A stretch of 32,000 nt of DNA. Source: Escherichia coli. GTDB lineage: Bacteria; Pseudomonadota; Gammaproteobacteria; Enterobacterales; Enterobacteriaceae. The stretch lies in assembly GCF_022591475.1 (NCBI RefSeq), contig NZ_CP093226.1; one strand, written 5' to 3'. The notes beneath the pieces are model-generated. The model did not search any database. It was not told the origin of the DNA and saw only the letters and a program-made list of their open reading frames with translations. How positions within the stretch are numbered: the first letter of the stretch is position 1; each line of letters begins with the position of its first letter. Below, piece after piece: positions 30,551 to 32,000 of this stretch. The translations under genes and the position numbers were made by a program.

Positions 30551-30813
30551 TTTAAATACGCCCGTAAAAACTCGTCTTTTGCAGGATTTTAGCTTGTTTC
30601 ATGGCTTAAACGTCATTTATTCTCTTGAGTCGTCGAAATCGTCGCTAAGATAATTATACTCAACGGATTCACCTCTCAGATTTTGTTCTGACGTGCCAAT
30701 GCCGTAATAACGTTAAGATTAACACGAAGTCATCGCAACAGCGGACATGAGTTACGAAAGCTTGCAATTCTATCTGTAGCCACCGCCGTTGTCTTTAAGA
30801 TTCAGGAGCGTAG

Positions 30814-32000
<1,187 letters not shown>

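Overview
Enterobacterial chromosome window, best read as the E. coli leuX (tRNA-Leu, CAA) integration hotspot and its flanking backbone. From left to right: (1) a virK/msbB2-type virulence locus (1-1555); (2) a 1247-bp IS600-like element with a single fused transposase ORF (1672-2918); (3) a BetT-like BCCT transporter plus a DUF2254-type membrane protein (3026-6366); (4) an intact 1258-bp IS3 with CAT target duplication, sitting in the start codon of a truncated TetR-type gene, followed by an IS21-family remnant; (5) IS629 interrupted by a complete group II intron. Removing 9353-11622 rebuilds a 1310-bp IS629, and the IBS1/EBS1 pair CTTACG/CGTAAG is visible; (6) a decayed P4-family integrase; (7) an ~11.8-kb P4-like phage satellite bounded by near-identical direct repeats (13437-13453 and 25277-25294) at the leuX 3' end. 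It carries int, an alpA/vis-like gene, a CI-RNA-like leader, an Icd-like gene, the alpha primase-helicase, sid, psu and an Ogr/delta-like gene. A three-part retron sits in its cargo slot: an ncRNA with a long msd hairpin, an effector with a nucleoside deoxyribosyltransferase-like motif, and a retron RT with NAxxH, YADD and VTG motifs; (8) leuX and core genes ahr/yjgB, yjgR, lptG, lptF and pepA (partial). The strongest items are the satellite-borne St85/Sen2-like retron with a terminator hairpin between ncRNA and effector, the iteron array, paired TGT-N12-ACA boxes, CI-like leader repeats, an orphan AT-rich 212-aa ORF between int and alpA, and the nested IS/intron architecture.
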